A DNA stretch of 64,000 nt from an uncultured Candidatus Saccharibacteria bacterium (lineage in GTDB: Bacteria; Patescibacteriota; Minisyncoccia; Phycocordibacterales; G965230995), in the NCBI GenBank assembly GCA_965230995.1, contig OZ246398.1, positions 528,213-592,212 on the forward strand, written 5' to 3'. Positions 47,092 through 58,583 of the stretch are shown here, piece by piece. A model generated the notes under the pieces. The model did no database searches, was not told the DNA's origin, and worked only from the letters and a program-made list of their open reading frames with translations. Each line of letters starts with the position of its first letter. The first letter of the stretch is position 1. A program made the position numbers and the translations under genes.

Positions 47092-47157
47092 CCTTGAACT
47101 TTTTTCTCAATATCATAGAATATTGTCATAATAATTTAACAGTTAAGAAAATTTCAT

Positions 47158-49047
47158 ATGTCAAAAATAATTGGTATAGATTTGGGTACTACAAACTCTG
47201 CTGTAGCGGTGATGGAGGCAGGTGACCCTCGTATTATAGAAACAGCCGAGGGAACGAGAACCTTGCCGTCTATTGTTGCTCTCTCAAAAACAGGAGAGAG
47301 ACTAGCAGGCGTGCTTGCAAAGAGGCAAGCTGTTACAAACCCTCTAAACACAATATTCCAGATTAAAAGATTTATGGGGCATTCATTTGATGAACCTGCA
47401 GTTCAAAAGGACATCAAAGCAATTCCTTATGAAGTACGAAAAGCAAAGGATGGTGGAATAGAGGTAAAGATGGGTGACAAATATTACAGACCAGAAGAGA
47501 TTTCTGCGATGATTCTCGCTAAATTAAAAAGTGATGCAGAAGCAAAGCTTGGAGAAAAAATTACAGAAGCCGTAATTACAGTCCCAGCATATTTTAACGA
47601 TGCCCAGAGAAACGCAACCAAAGATGCCGGTAAAATTGCGGGACTAGATGTAAAGAGAATTATTCCAGAGCCAACAGCAGCCGCTTTGGCATATGGCTTC
47701 AATAAAAAGAAAAACGAGAAAATCGCAGTTTTCGACTTTGGTGGAGGAACATTTGATATTTCTATTCTCGAAGTCGGTGATGACGTTGTAGAGGTAAAAT
47801 CAGTTGACGGAGATGCTCATCTCGGAGGAAAGGATATTGATCAAAAAATAATCAATTATCTCGGAGAAGAATTCAAGAAGGAAAATGGAATTGATGTTCG
47901 AAATGACAAATTAGCTCTCCAGAGATTAGACGAAGCAGCTGAAAAAGCAAAAATAGAACTTTCATCTTCGGTAGAAACAGAAATAAATATTCCTTTCATT
48001 ACATCCGATGCAAATGGACCAAAACACTTGGTGATGAAACTCACAAGAGCAAAACTCGAAGAACTATCTCAGGAATTTCTAGATAGAGCTCTTATGATTA
48101 CAAAAAGAGCAGTCGAAGCTTCACCATTTAAATTAAACGAATTAAACGAAATCTTGCTTGTAGGTGGACAGACTAGAATGCCAAAAATGATTGATATGGT
48201 TCGGGCATATTTTGGAAAGGAGCCAAACAGAAGCATAAACCCAGATGAAGTCGTCGCTCTTGGTGCATCAATCCAAGGCGGTGTCATAAAGGGAGATGTA
48301 AAAGACATTTTGCTTTTGGATGTTATTCCACTATCTCTTGGTATTGAAACAATGGGGGGTGTAGCAACAAAATTGATTGAGAGAAACACAACAATCCCAG
48401 CAAGCAAATCACAAGTATTTTCTACTGCTTCAGACAATCAGACTGCTGTCGATATACACGTTGTTCAAGGTGAGAGGCCAATGGCTAGTGACAATAAGTC
48501 TCTAGGAAAATTTATCCTAGATGGTATTCCACCATCTCCTAGGGGTGTACCACAGGTAGAGGTTACATTCGATGTCGATGCAAACGGAATATTAAATGTA
48601 AAGGCAAAAGACAAATCTACAGGCAAAGAGCAGTCTATTAGAATCGAAGCTCGAAATAGTTTGACTGAAGAAGAGATAAACAGAATGCAAAAGGAAGCCG
48701 AAGCTCACGCAGAAGATGACAAAAAGAAAAAGGATCTTGTCGAAGCAAAAAATATTGCAGAGCAGATGTCATATACTGCAGAAAAAGCTCTAAAGGATGC
48801 CGAAGGAAAAATTAGTACAGAAATAAAAGATTCTGTACAGAGCAAGATTGATGCCGTCAATGCAGTAAAAACAAAAGACGATATTGAAGCAATCAAAAAA
48901 GCATCAGAAGAACTTTCGACAGAAATGCAAAAGATTGGTGAACATATGAACAAGGCTTCTTCCTCAAAAACAGACGAAGCAAAAAATGAAGGCGAGGGAA
49001 AGGTTCACGATGCTGATTTTAAAGAGGGTGGAGAAGATAAAAAATAA
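47158..49047 (+). CDS. dnaK: Chaperone DnaK (Hsp70)
   Basis: [39 protein letters not shown] and a full substrate-binding domain. Confidence 0.95.
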   Translation: MSKIIGIDLGTTNSAVAVMEAGDPRIIETAEGTRTLPSIVALSKTGERLAGVLAKRQAVTNPLNTIFQIKRFMGHSFDEPAVQKDIKAIPYEVRKAKDGGIEVKMGDKYYRPEEISAMILAKLKSDAEAKLGEKITEAVITVPAYFNDAQRNATKDAGKIAGLDVKRIIPEPTAAALAYGFNKKKNEKIAVFDFGGGTFDISILEVGDDVVEVKSVDGDAHLGGKDIDQKIINYLGEEFKKENGIDVRNDKLALQRLDEAAEKAKIELSSSVETEINIPFITSDANGPKHLVMKLTRAKLEELSQEFLDRALMITKRAVEASPFKLNELNEILLVGGQTRMPKMIDMVRAYFGKEPNRSINPDEVVALGASIQGGVIKGDVKDILLLDVIPLSLGIETMGGVATKLIERNTTIPASKSQVFSTASDNQTAVDIHVVQGERPMASDNKSLGKFILDGIPPSPRGVPQVEVTFDVDANGILNVKAKDKSTGKEQSIRIEARNSLTEEEINRMQKEAEAHAEDDKKKKDLVEAKNIAEQMSYTAEKALKDAEGKISTEIKDSVQSKIDAVNAVKTKDDIEAIKKASEELSTEMQKIGEHMNKASSSKTDEAKNEGEGKVHDADFKEGGEDKK

Positions 49048-49069
49048 TTTTAATCAATTTATCTAAACA

Positions 49070-49102
49070 TTCAGGCAATTTTGCTTCGCAAAATTGCCTG
49101 AA
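49070..49102 (+). terminator. 14-15 bp hairpin between dnaK and dnaJ (TTCAGGCAATTTTGC-ttcg-GCAAAATTGCCTGAA); attenuator or terminator
   Basis: Perfect inverted repeat with UUCG loop; the T-run follows only after ~15 nt. Confidence 0.4.
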
Positions 49103-49156
49103 CTTAGATAATAATTTTTTGATTGAATTATCCCTAAATAGTGCTAACATAGGCTT

Positions 49157-50236
49157 ATGTCAAAAGACTATTACAAGATTCTAGGAGTCGAGAAGAACGC
49201 AACCGGAGAAGATATAAAAAAAGCCTTCAGAAAACTTGCTCACAAATATCATCCTGACAAAAAAGATGGAGACGAAGCAAAATTCAAAGAGGTGAACGAA
49301 GCCTATTCTGTTTTGTCGAACGAAAAGAAACGAACAGAATATGATACTTACGGAAAGGTATTTTCAGACAGCAGTAATTCTGGTGGATTCCAGGGAGATT
49401 TTTCTGGTTTTGATTTTTCTCAATTTACAAAAGGCGGAGCCGGTAATGGTTTTGAATTCGATATCGGAGATATCTTCGGTGATTTTTTTGGTGGCGGATC
49501 AAAGAAACAAAAACGAGGTAGAGATATTTCAATTGATATAGAGCTTACATTTGAAGAATCTGTTTTTGGAGTCGAGAGAAAAATACTTTTAAACAAGCTT
49601 TCAACGTGTGAAGCCTGTTCTGGTTTGGGTGCTGAAAAAGGATCAAAAATGCGTTCGTGTTCAACTTGTAATGGAAAAGGAAAAATAAGAGAAGTCAGAC
49701 AATCTTTTATGGGTTCATTTGCGACAGAACGTGTTTGTGATGGTTGTTCTGGACGCGGAGAGATACCAGAAAGGAAATGCGAAAAATGTGATGGCTTTGG
49801 TGTTAGAAAACGAGAATCAGAAATAAAAGTCAAAATTCCAGCAGGTATAGAAAACGGAGAAATGGTCAGATTATCACAAGCAGGTGAAGCCTCGGCTGGC
49901 GGTATTGCTGGTGACTTGTATATAAAGGTTCATGTCAAACAACACTCTACATTTACAAAAGAGGGTACAAACCTATATATGGTAAAGCAAATCAAGCTCA
50001 CAGATGCCCTTCTAGGCTCTAAATTTGAGCTACATACGCTAGACGGAACAATTAGCGTAAAGATACCGCAAGGAATTAGCCACGATGAAATTTTAAGAAT
50101 AAAGGGTAAGGGAGTACCGTTTTCAAATGGTTCCGGACGAGGTGATATACTTATAAAAATAAAGATAGATATTCCATCAAAGTTTTCTAAAAAAGCAAAA
50201 GAGGCAATAGAAAAACTAAAAGAAGAAGGGATATAA
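49157..50236 (+). CDS. dnaJ: Chaperone DnaJ
   Basis: J-domain ([13 protein letters not shown]... HKYHPDKK), G/F-rich region, four CxxCxGxG zinc-finger repeats. Confidence 0.9.
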   Translation: MSKDYYKILGVEKNATGEDIKKAFRKLAHKYHPDKKDGDEAKFKEVNEAYSVLSNEKKRTEYDTYGKVFSDSSNSGGFQGDFSGFDFSQFTKGGAGNGFEFDIGDIFGDFFGGGSKKQKRGRDISIDIELTFEESVFGVERKILLNKLSTCEACSGLGAEKGSKMRSCSTCNGKGKIREVRQSFMGSFATERVCDGCSGRGEIPERKCEKCDGFGVRKRESEIKVKIPAGIENGEMVRLSQAGEASAGGIAGDLYIKVHVKQHSTFTKEGTNLYMVKQIKLTDALLGSKFELHTLDGTISVKIPQGISHDEILRIKGKGVPFSNGSGRGDILIKIKIDIPSKFSKKAKEAIEKLKEEGI

Positions 50237-50242
50237 AATAAA

Positions 50243-51898
50243 ATGCAAGACGAAAAAATAAAAAAAGTTATAGACAAAATTTTTCCAGAGGATCTTCCAG
50301 AGACAGAAGAAATTTTGTCTAAATATAAACCAAGAAATATTTCGTCTTCTGCTATGGTAACAAGAGTTGCGCCGAGCCCAACTGGCTTTATGCATATTGG
50401 TACTTTGTACACTGCTCTAATCTGTGAGAGGCTTGCTCATCAAAGCGGTGGTATTTTTTACCTTCGAATTGAAGACACAGACAAAAAAAGAGAGATGGAT
50501 GGAGCTGTAAAAATTATTGTTGATGCTCTACATAGATACAAAATTATTCCAGACGAAGGTGAAGTTTCTGTTGGAAAGGAAGTCGGTGATTATGGACCAT
50601 ACAAACAGAGCGACAGAGAAAAAATATACAAATCATTTGTTAAAAAACTTTTGTTATCTGGTGACGCATATCCAGCATTTGAAACCGCAGAGGAGCTTTC
50701 TGAATTAAACAAAAAACAAACAGCAGAAAAAGTTGTACCTGGCTATTATGGAAAATGGGCAACTTGGAGAGAAAAATCTCTTGATGACGCGATTGTAGAA
50801 CTTGAAAAAGGAAATGTTCCTGTCATTCGTCTAAGGTCCAAAGGTGATCTAAAAAAAGAAATACTTGTGGACGATATGTTCAAGGGTAAAATGTCTCTAC
50901 CACAGAATGATCAGGATATCGTTATCCTAAAATCAGATGGGCTACCCACATACCATTTTGCACACGTAATAGACGATCATCTTATGGGAACAACCCACGT
51001 GCTTCGCGGTGATGAATGGCTTTCTTCACTCACATTGCATTTGCAACTTTTTGATTTGTTTGGATGGAACAAACCAATTTACGGTCATATTGCACCAATC
51101 CAAAAAACAGAAGGTTCTTCTAGAAGGAAGCTTAGCAAGAGAAAAGATCCAGAAGCCAATGTTGAATTTTATTTAAAAGAAGGCTATCCAGAGGAGGCCA
51201 TAATAATGTATCTCTTAAACCTCGCAAACTCGAGCTTTGAAGAGTGGCTTTTGAATAATCCAAGAGTAAATCTTTCTGAATATATACTTGAGACGAAAGA
51301 ATTAAGAAAAGGCGCTGGAGCACTTCTTGATCTCAAAAAAATTGCTTCATTTAGCAAAGATTTTATCGGCACTCTATCTATCGACGAGACATACGATAGG
51401 GCTCTCTCGTGGGCAAAAGGAAATGATGCGGAGCTTGCCTCTGTAATGGAAAAAAATATTGATTACACAAAATCTATATTTTCAATTGACAGGGACGGAA
51501 ATACAGCAAGAAAAGATATTGTTAAATGGTCTGACCTAAGAAATGAAATCGGTTTCTTTTATGATGAAATATTTGATTCTTTATTAATTGATATGTCGCA
51601 AATATCTGAAGTAGATTCTACAGACATCAAAAAAATATCAGATTTTTCAATCAAGGTCTTTAGCGAATGTAAAGACAAAGATGATTGGCTATCAAAAATG
51701 AGAGAGGCTGGAAATTCTATTGGTTATGCTCCAGATATGAAAACCTTCAAAGCTTCTCCAGAAAAATACAAAGGTAATTTTGGAACAGTTGCGAAAGTCG
51801 TGAGAGTATTGCTTGTGGGTAGAAACCAATCACCAGATCTATACGAGGTAATGAAAGTAATGGGAAGGGAAAGAGTAGAAAGAAGATTATCTAAATAA
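50243..51898 (+). CDS. gltX: Glutamyl-tRNA synthetase (long form, 551 aa)
   Basis: RVAPSPTGFMHIGTLYTAL (HIGH-type) and KLSKRK (KMSKS). Confidence 0.85.
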   Translation: MQDEKIKKVIDKIFPEDLPETEEILSKYKPRNISSSAMVTRVAPSPTGFMHIGTLYTALICERLAHQSGGIFYLRIEDTDKKREMDGAVKIIVDALHRYKIIPDEGEVSVGKEVGDYGPYKQSDREKIYKSFVKKLLLSGDAYPAFETAEELSELNKKQTAEKVVPGYYGKWATWREKSLDDAIVELEKGNVPVIRLRSKGDLKKEILVDDMFKGKMSLPQNDQDIVILKSDGLPTYHFAHVIDDHLMGTTHVLRGDEWLSSLTLHLQLFDLFGWNKPIYGHIAPIQKTEGSSRRKLSKRKDPEANVEFYLKEGYPEEAIIMYLLNLANSSFEEWLLNNPRVNLSEYILETKELRKGAGALLDLKKIASFSKDFIGTLSIDETYDRALSWAKGNDAELASVMEKNIDYTKSIFSIDRDGNTARKDIVKWSDLRNEIGFFYDEIFDSLLIDMSQISEVDSTDIKKISDFSIKVFSECKDKDDWLSKMREAGNSIGYAPDMKTFKASPEKYKGNFGTVAKVVRVLLVGRNQSPDLYEVMKVMGRERVERRLSK

Positions 51899-51899
51899 C

Positions 51900-51922
51900 A
51901 AAAACCGCCCTAGGGCGGTTTT
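51900..51922. terminator. Bidirectional rho-independent terminator (AAAACCGCCC-ta-GGGCGGTTTT) between convergent gltX and tyrS
   Basis: Symmetric A-run/T-run flanking a GC stem. Confidence 0.55.
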
Positions 51923-51924
51923 TG

Positions 51925-53127
51925 TTATTTGATTTTGATTCTAAAGAATTTCTTTTTTCCGACTTTTACAACCAAGTCATTGCTATTAGGTTTACTCTCG
52001 AGATCTTCATTGCTAATCTTTTTGTCGTTTATTGTTATTCCGCCAGCATTGACCAATCTTCTAATTTCAGATTTTGAAACTGCGATTTTTGCATCAGCTA
52101 GAGCCTCGAGAATATTTTGTGACGAATTAATCTCTATTGCTGTTATGTCTTCGGTTTTTCCTTGTTCAAAGACTTTTTCTGATTCTGTTTTTGCTTTTTC
52201 GGCTTCGTTTTCACCGTGAACGAATTTTGTTACTTCGTAGGCGAGAATCTTTTTTACAGACCTGATTTCTGCGCCAGTTATCTTTGATAGTTCATTTATT
52301 TTTTCGTCATCGAGGAAAGTAAAGATTTTGAGGAATCTAGCTGTATCTTTGTCGTCTGTGTTTATCCAAAATTGATAGAATTCAAACGGAGAGGTTTTTT
52401 TAGGATCAAGCCAAACCGCACCAGATTCTGTCTTTCCCATTTTCTTTCCACTTGCAGTTGTGAGAAGGGGAATTGTCACCACGAATGCCTGGGCTGATTC
52501 TTTTCTTCTAATCAAATCACTTCCGGCAAGCATATTGCTCCACTGATCATCACCTCCAATTTGGAGAGTACAATTATATTTTTTATACAAATGCAAAAAA
52601 TCGTATCCTTGAAGCAATTGATAATTAAATTCCAAAAATGTGAGTCCATCTTCTCGTTCAAGTCTTGCTCTGTATGTTTCGGCTTTTATCATTTCGTTGA
52701 CCTTGAATATCGGACCAAAATCCCGTAGAAAATCTAAATAATTTATTTTTGAAAGCCAATCTGCATTATCAACAAAAGTAACATTCTTTTTGCCAAGTAT
52801 TTTCTTTGCTTGTGATTGTATGGCGTTAAAATTATTTCGAACATCTTTTTTTGTGAGCATTTTTCGCATTTCTGTTTTGCCAGAAGGGTCACCGATTAAT
52901 GCTGTACCACCACCAACTAAAGCGACAGCTTTGTTGCCCGAATCAATTAGCCATTTAGACATTATTACCGGAAGCAGGTGCCCTACATGCATACTGTCAG
53001 CGGTAGGATCAATACCAAAATAAAAAGAAAGTTTTTTGTCGCTACCTGCCATTTTTTCAAACTCTTCTTTGTTTGAAATCTGTGCTATGAGACCCCTTTC
53101 TTTTAGTTTTTCGAAGATGTTTTTCAT
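51925..53127 (-). CDS. tyrS: Tyrosyl-tRNA synthetase
   Basis: HVGHLLPV (HIGH), KMGKTESGAVWL (KMSKS), C-terminal S4 domain. Confidence 0.9.
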   Translation of the reverse strand: MKNIFEKLKERGLIAQISNKEEFEKMAGSDKKLSFYFGIDPTADSMHVGHLLPVIMSKWLIDSGNKAVALVGGGTALIGDPSGKTEMRKMLTKKDVRNNFNAIQSQAKKILGKKNVTFVDNADWLSKINYLDFLRDFGPIFKVNEMIKAETYRARLEREDGLTFLEFNYQLLQGYDFLHLYKKYNCTLQIGGDDQWSNMLAGSDLIRRKESAQAFVVTIPLLTTASGKKMGKTESGAVWLDPKKTSPFEFYQFWINTDDKDTARFLKIFTFLDDEKINELSKITGAEIRSVKKILAYEVTKFVHGENEAEKAKTESEKVFEQGKTEDITAIEINSSQNILEALADAKIAVSKSEIRRLVNAGGITINDKKISNEDLESKPNSNDLVVKVGKKKFFRIKIK

Positions 53128-53226
53128 ATTTTTCTCTTATCGCTGAATTATATGAGAAATTATCACTATCCGCAATTAGTTATCCTTTGTGCTAATAATT
53201 TACGTTGATATAATTAAAGACTACAT

Positions 53227-54426
53227 ATGGAGAAAAATGATAAACGTGATCTTTTTGGTATTATCGCAGTAATTGCGGTTTTTATTTTTTCTTCTGTTTT
53301 TGGAACCTTTCTTTTGTACGGAGAAGATTCTTTTATTGCATCCATCCAAAGAGCCTTTCCAGAAAAAATTACTCCTGAATCACTAAAGGCTTCATATAAC
53401 GAAAAACCAATCAGAATTCTTTTGGTGCCTGGCCACGACAATAAAGATTATGGCTCTGGAAACGGAGGAATTAGAGAAGCAGACATTTCTCTTGAGACTG
53501 CAAAATATATATCAGAGTATTTTAAATACAATCCAAAATTTACAGTTTTTACCACCAGAGATTTTTCAACTGGAGAATACACTGATGTATTTTCAAAATA
53601 TTTTGAAACAGAAAAAGATTCCATAAAATCATATATGGACGAAAAGACAAAAATTATGGATGAATATGTAGATGCAGGTGCAATCGAAAAACGAAGCACA
53701 ACAAGTCATGCAAAAGCTCCATCAAAAGCCAGAGAAAATCTATATGCCATTAACAAATGGACAAATGAAAACAACATTGATATAGCCTTGCATATACATT
53801 TCAACGACTATCCAGGCAGAAAATGGAACAGCACTGGAAAATATAATGGCTTTTCAATTTATATACCAGAATCTCAATTACCGAACGCCAGAGTGAGCAG
53901 GGTGATTGGTGAAAAAATTCTTTCTGAATTAGATTATATGTTTCCGAAAAGTGATTTGCCTATGGAAGAAGAAACCCTAATAGAAACACAGGAATTAATT
54001 GCCGTTGGCTCAAAAGGCTCAAGAGATGGTGCGTCAGTTCTGGTAGAATTTGGATATATTTATGAACCTCAATTTAATGACGACAATATCAGACCTATTG
54101 TATTAAAAGAAATGGCATACAGAACACACAAAGCAGTTGTGTCATACTTTGATGAAAATGCTGGAAATGCATTACCGCAGAGCACATTGATAGCGCCTTT
54201 TCCGGTTGATATCTTTTCTCTCAGACAGGAAAGGGGAGAAAATATCCTAAAGTTACAAGCTTCGCTATTGTCACTTGGTTTCTATCCTCCAGTCCCAAAG
54301 ACAAAAAATGATTGCCCAGTCAATGGAATATTTGGTAATTGCACGAGAACTGCTATAGACAATCTAAATCTATTTCAGTCTTCAAAAATACAGCAATTCT
54401 CTGCATCCATAGTTCAAGGCTTGTAA
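53227..54426 (+). CDS. N-acetylmuramoyl-L-alanine amidase-like (Amidase_3 type) with C-terminal peptidoglycan-binding-like domain
   Basis: N-terminal TM, then RILLVPGHDNKDYGS... E... DIALHIHFN (His/Glu/His arrangement). C-terminal LQASLLSLGFYP... resembles PG_binding_1. Confidence 0.5.
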   Translation: MEKNDKRDLFGIIAVIAVFIFSSVFGTFLLYGEDSFIASIQRAFPEKITPESLKASYNEKPIRILLVPGHDNKDYGSGNGGIREADISLETAKYISEYFKYNPKFTVFTTRDFSTGEYTDVFSKYFETEKDSIKSYMDEKTKIMDEYVDAGAIEKRSTTSHAKAPSKARENLYAINKWTNENNIDIALHIHFNDYPGRKWNSTGKYNGFSIYIPESQLPNARVSRVIGEKILSELDYMFPKSDLPMEEETLIETQELIAVGSKGSRDGASVLVEFGYIYEPQFNDDNIRPIVLKEMAYRTHKAVVSYFDENAGNALPQSTLIAPFPVDIFSLRQERGENILKLQASLLSLGFYPPVPKTKNDCPVNGIFGNCTRTAIDNLNLFQSSKIQQFSASIVQGL

Positions 54427-54476
54427 AAAAAGCCCAAAAACAATACTATATAAACATAGGAGTCTAAAAACACCAT

Positions 54477-55739
54477 ATGTTAGATATAAAATATATTAGA
54501 GAGAATGTAGAAGCAGTTAAACAGAATTGTAAAAACAGAAAAGTTTCTGTGAGTATTGACGAGCTTATTTCTGTTGACGACAATCGAAAATCCATCGAAA
54601 CAAAGCTTGGTGAGCTTAGATCCCTACGAAATAAAACATCAAAAACAAAGCCAACTCCAGAAGAAATTACAGAGATGAAGCGTGTTGGAGAAGAAATTAA
54701 AAAATTAGAGCAGGAGCTAGTAACCATCGAGGAAAAGCACAGAGAATTAATTCTCGCTGTTCCAAATATGACTCATCCAGAGGTCAGAATTAGCGACAAT
54801 GAAGATGATAATCCTGTTGTAGAGACGTTTCTCGGACCAAAGGAATTTGATTTTGAACCACTTGACCACGTGGCTTTGGCTGAAAAACACGATTTGATCG
54901 ACTTTGACAGAGCAACAAAAATTGCCGGTGCAAAATTCTATTATCTTAAAAATGAACTTGCAATAATAGAGCTCGCTCTCATTCGATACGCGATAGATGT
55001 TGCTATGAAGCACGGTTTTGTTCCGTTCTCGACACCTGATATTGCAAAGAGACAAGTCCTAGAGGGTCTGGGCTTTAACCCACGCGGGGAATCAACACAG
55101 GTATATAACATCGAAAATACTGATCTATCTCTTGTTGGTACAGCAGAGATTACTATGGGTGGATATCATATGGACGAAGTAATCGACCATCTAGAATTAC
55201 CAAAGAAATATATTGCAGTATCACATTGTTTTAGAACAGAAGCCGGTAGCTATTCAAAATTCTCAAAGGGAATTTTTAGAGTTCATCAATTTACAAAAGC
55301 CGAAATGTTCCAGTATGTTCTTCCAGAAAAATCTGAAGAAGCACATAAAGAAATGCTTGAAATAGAAAAAGAAGTATTCAAAGGTCTAGAAATTCCATTT
55401 CGAGTAGTAGATCACTGTACTGCAGATTTGGGCGGGCCATCATATCGAACTTATGACCTCGAAGCATGGCTTCCAGGCAAACCAAACAAAGAAGGAAAAA
55501 TGGGAGAGTGGGGAGAAATTACTTCAACATCTAATTGTACAGACTATCAATCAAGAGGTCTTAACGTTAAATATAAAAACGCCGAAGGAAAGAAAGATTA
55601 CTTGCATATGCTAAATGGTACAGCAATATCAATTGCAAGAGCTATAATAGCACTTATCGAAACACATCAACAAAAAGACGGAACAATAAATATACCAAAA
55701 GCCCTAAGGCCATACACAGGCTTTGATGCTATAAAATAA
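54477..55739 (+). CDS. serS: Seryl-tRNA synthetase
   Basis: N-terminal coiled-coil arm, class-II motifs (FRTEAGS..., GTAISIARAIIALIE). Confidence 0.9.
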   Translation: MLDIKYIRENVEAVKQNCKNRKVSVSIDELISVDDNRKSIETKLGELRSLRNKTSKTKPTPEEITEMKRVGEEIKKLEQELVTIEEKHRELILAVPNMTHPEVRISDNEDDNPVVETFLGPKEFDFEPLDHVALAEKHDLIDFDRATKIAGAKFYYLKNELAIIELALIRYAIDVAMKHGFVPFSTPDIAKRQVLEGLGFNPRGESTQVYNIENTDLSLVGTAEITMGGYHMDEVIDHLELPKKYIAVSHCFRTEAGSYSKFSKGIFRVHQFTKAEMFQYVLPEKSEEAHKEMLEIEKEVFKGLEIPFRVVDHCTADLGGPSYRTYDLEAWLPGKPNKEGKMGEWGEITSTSNCTDYQSRGLNVKYKNAEGKKDYLHMLNGTAISIARAIIALIETHQQKDGTINIPKALRPYTGFDAIK

Positions 55740-55805
55740 TCAAACTATAAAATATTTTTTGTTTTCGTTGTTGATTCAGACGAATTATTTTTGAGCTGAA
55801 AAAAT

Positions 55806-57563
55806 ATGAACTACAAATCAATATTCAAACATTACTGGCAATTTATGAAGAAAAGATTGCCAGAGGGAATTACTTTGCTCGTTATGTATTCCATAGCAAC
55901 GAGTGTTTCCGCATTATCGATACCATATATCTATAAAAGTATTATCGACAATGTTGCAACAGGCGGAACGAGTACAATAGACAGCATAATAAAGCTTCTG
56001 GTTTTTCTCGCACTCTCGATGGTTGCTCTTATGATATTTTATCGAATCGGAGATTTCTTTATGATTAGGTATATTAACGATATCCAAAAGGAATTAAGCA
56101 ATTATGTGCTGGAAAAACTAGAAAAACATTCATATGCGTTTTTTGCGAATTCATTTTCAGGAGGACTTGTGGCAAAGTCATCAAGATTTGTTGATGCGTT
56201 TGATATGCTGTTTTCGCAATTTGTTTGGAACATCTGGCTTGATGTTTTGAGACTTTGCGGTGCAATAGCAATACTTTGGTATCAATCTTGGGTGCTGGGT
56301 CTAATATTTTTTATCTGGTTTGTCACGTTCTTATTTATCGCAAAAAAACTCATATCGCTCCAGGTTCCAAAAAATCTCAAGCAGTCAGAATATGATTCGA
56401 TAAATACATCCAGATTCTCTGATATCATAAGCAATATATTTACAGTAAAAACCTTTGCAACCGAAGAAAGGGAACTTTCAGAATACAAAGACATTACAGA
56501 AAATGAGGCAAAAGTGAGGAGAGTCGCTTGGATGCAGGAAGGTTTTTGGAATCCTATGATTCAGGGTGCTTATGTAAACATTTTTGAAGTCATAATTATG
56601 TCTATCGCAATATTTCTCTGGTACAGAGGAATGATTACACCAGGAACAATTGTGTTGCTTCAAATTTATGTCATTACAACTTTTGAAATTGTTTGGGGAA
56701 TAAGCAAACACGCAATCAGAATTTCAAGCGCCCTAGCAAATGCAGACGAAATGGTACAAATTCTCGACAAAGATCTAGATGTAAAAGATTCAAAAAACCC
56801 GATGCCTCTAGATGTAATCTCTGGCAAAATTGCGTTTAATAATGTGTCGTTCAAATATGAAAAAGGCAACAATGTATTCGCTGGTCTAAACGTATCGATC
56901 AAACCAAAAGAAAAAGTAGCATTGGTAGGAAAATCAGGTTCAGGAAAAAGTACATTTCTCAAATTGCTTATGAGGTTTTCTGATGTAGACAACGGAACGA
57001 TTACAATAGACGGGCAGGATATATCAAAGGTTAAACAAAGCGATTTGAGGGCTTCGATTTCTTATGTACCACAAGACCCAATCCTATTTCACAGAACACT
57101 CAAGGAAAATATTGCTTATGCAAAGCCTAATGCAACTATGGACGAGATTATCGACATTGCAAAAAAAGCTCATGCAAATGATTTCATTCAAAATTTGCCA
57201 GACAAATATGATTCGCTAGTGGGCGAGAGAGGGGTCAAATTATCTGGTGGTGAAAGACAAAGAGTGGCGATTGCAAGAGCAATGATGAAGGAAACAAAAA
57301 TTATTGTACTAGACGAAGCGACGAGCGCTCTCGATTCAGAATCAGAATTAAAAATCCAAGAAGCATTCAAAGAATTGATGGAAGGTAAAACAACTGTTGT
57401 CATTGCTCACAGACTTTCAACTATTAGAAATATGGACAGAATCATTGTCTTTGATAATGGAAAAATAGTAGAAACTGGTTCACATAGTGAGCTAATCAAA
57501 AACAAAAAAGGAATCTACAAAAAACTCTGGGACAGCCAAGTCGGCGGATTCATTGTTGAATAA
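55806..57563 (+). CDS. ABC exporter, fused permease/ATPase (MsbA-like)
   Basis: Six-helix TMD then GKSGSGKST, LSGGERQRVAIARA, IVLDEATSALD. Confidence 0.8.
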   Translation: MNYKSIFKHYWQFMKKRLPEGITLLVMYSIATSVSALSIPYIYKSIIDNVATGGTSTIDSIIKLLVFLALSMVALMIFYRIGDFFMIRYINDIQKELSNYVLEKLEKHSYAFFANSFSGGLVAKSSRFVDAFDMLFSQFVWNIWLDVLRLCGAIAILWYQSWVLGLIFFIWFVTFLFIAKKLISLQVPKNLKQSEYDSINTSRFSDIISNIFTVKTFATEERELSEYKDITENEAKVRRVAWMQEGFWNPMIQGAYVNIFEVIIMSIAIFLWYRGMITPGTIVLLQIYVITTFEIVWGISKHAIRISSALANADEMVQILDKDLDVKDSKNPMPLDVISGKIAFNNVSFKYEKGNNVFAGLNVSIKPKEKVALVGKSGSGKSTFLKLLMRFSDVDNGTITIDGQDISKVKQSDLRASISYVPQDPILFHRTLKENIAYAKPNATMDEIIDIAKKAHANDFIQNLPDKYDSLVGERGVKLSGGERQRVAIARAMMKETKIIVLDEATSALDSESELKIQEAFKELMEGKTTVVIAHRLSTIRNMDRIIVFDNGKIVETGSHSELIKNKKGIYKKLWDSQVGGFIVE

Positions 57564-57617
57564 AAAAAATCGAAAAACTGTCAGGTTTTAACGCTGGGAC
57601 ACAAAAGATATATTTCT

Positions 57618-58583
57618 TCAGATTTTTGAAAAAAATAAGAATTTCTTGTACATATAAGACTTTATAATTCTCTTTGTTGAATTTTTGTCTTCGGCCAAGT
57701 CGCAGAAGTATGTAGATGCATCAGATAATGTACTGAATTTAATCCAAGAGTATAATCTTTGATTCTTTATTATTTTTTCTTTTGAGCTAGAATTATATCC
57801 ATCAAGAAAGGCATTAAATAAATCCTCATTAAATTCGCCACCATCCGGAAATGACCATTCTACAGAAGCAAGTGCAAAATCCTTAATTGCTGGTCCTATG
57901 GTGCTCCAATCAAAATCTATAACTCCAACTACTTCATCATTATTGCCAAAAAATACATTACCAGGTCTGTAATCATTATGGATAAGAGTTTGATATTTGG
58001 TTTGTTTTTTAGCAAACTCGATCATGTTTTTTACGTGATCTATGAAATCCACACCCCCTTCAAAGTCATTTATAAATTTATCTGCCAAGGTAATTGATCT
58101 CTCAAGTTCAGAAAAAATGTTTCTATTTCTTGGTGATGCTGTTATAAACCCATTTGAAATGTTGTTAAATATTCCGAGACTCTTTCCTGCATTAAAAGAT
58201 TGTTTAATAGTCGGAAGATTTTCTTTGTCGATCTGAATTTGATGGCCATCAATAAAATCAAAAAGAACAGCGACATTATCATTAATTAATACATAAAAGT
58301 TACCGTCAACAGTGTGATTAATATTTGGGACAGGGAAGTTGTTTTTTGAAAGATAGTCAATTACTCCAAATTCAAATTGAATGTCTTTAATCGGCAATCT
58401 CTTGCTTACTCTCAAGACTTTTCTATTTTTTTCACCTATTAGAAAGACAGAGTTGTCACTAGATTCTCTAAGTAATATTACTGGAAAATATTCTTTCAAA
58501 TCATAACTTTTAAGTGCTTTTGATATGTTTTCACTATTTATCATATTTTTTATCAAAACCACCAGCTCTTCTGTTGCCAGCAA
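57618..58583 (-). CDS. Aminoglycoside-phosphotransferase/choline-kinase-family small-molecule kinase
   Basis: LIHNDYRPGNVFF (Brenner HxDxxxxN) and VIDFDWS (DFD/DWE). Confidence 0.6.
   Translation of the reverse strand: MLATEELVVLIKNMINSENISKALKSYDLKEYFPVILLRESSDNSVFLIGEKNRKVLRVSKRLPIKDIQFEFGVIDYLSKNNFPVPNINHTVDGNFYVLINDNVAVLFDFIDGHQIQIDKENLPTIKQSFNAGKSLGIFNNISNGFITASPRNRNIFSELERSITLADKFINDFEGGVDFIDHVKNMIEFAKKQTKYQTLIHNDYRPGNVFFGNNDEVVGVIDFDWSTIGPAIKDFALASVEWSFPDGGEFNEDLFNAFLDGYNSSSKEKIIKNQRLYSWIKFSTLSDASTYFCDLAEDKNSTKRIIKSYMYKKFLFFSKI

Noticed and set aside
49120-49156. Half-CIRCE-like TAGTGCTAAC upstream of dnaJ
   Set aside because: Only one half-site and no partner inverted repeat at 9-nt spacing; probably chance.
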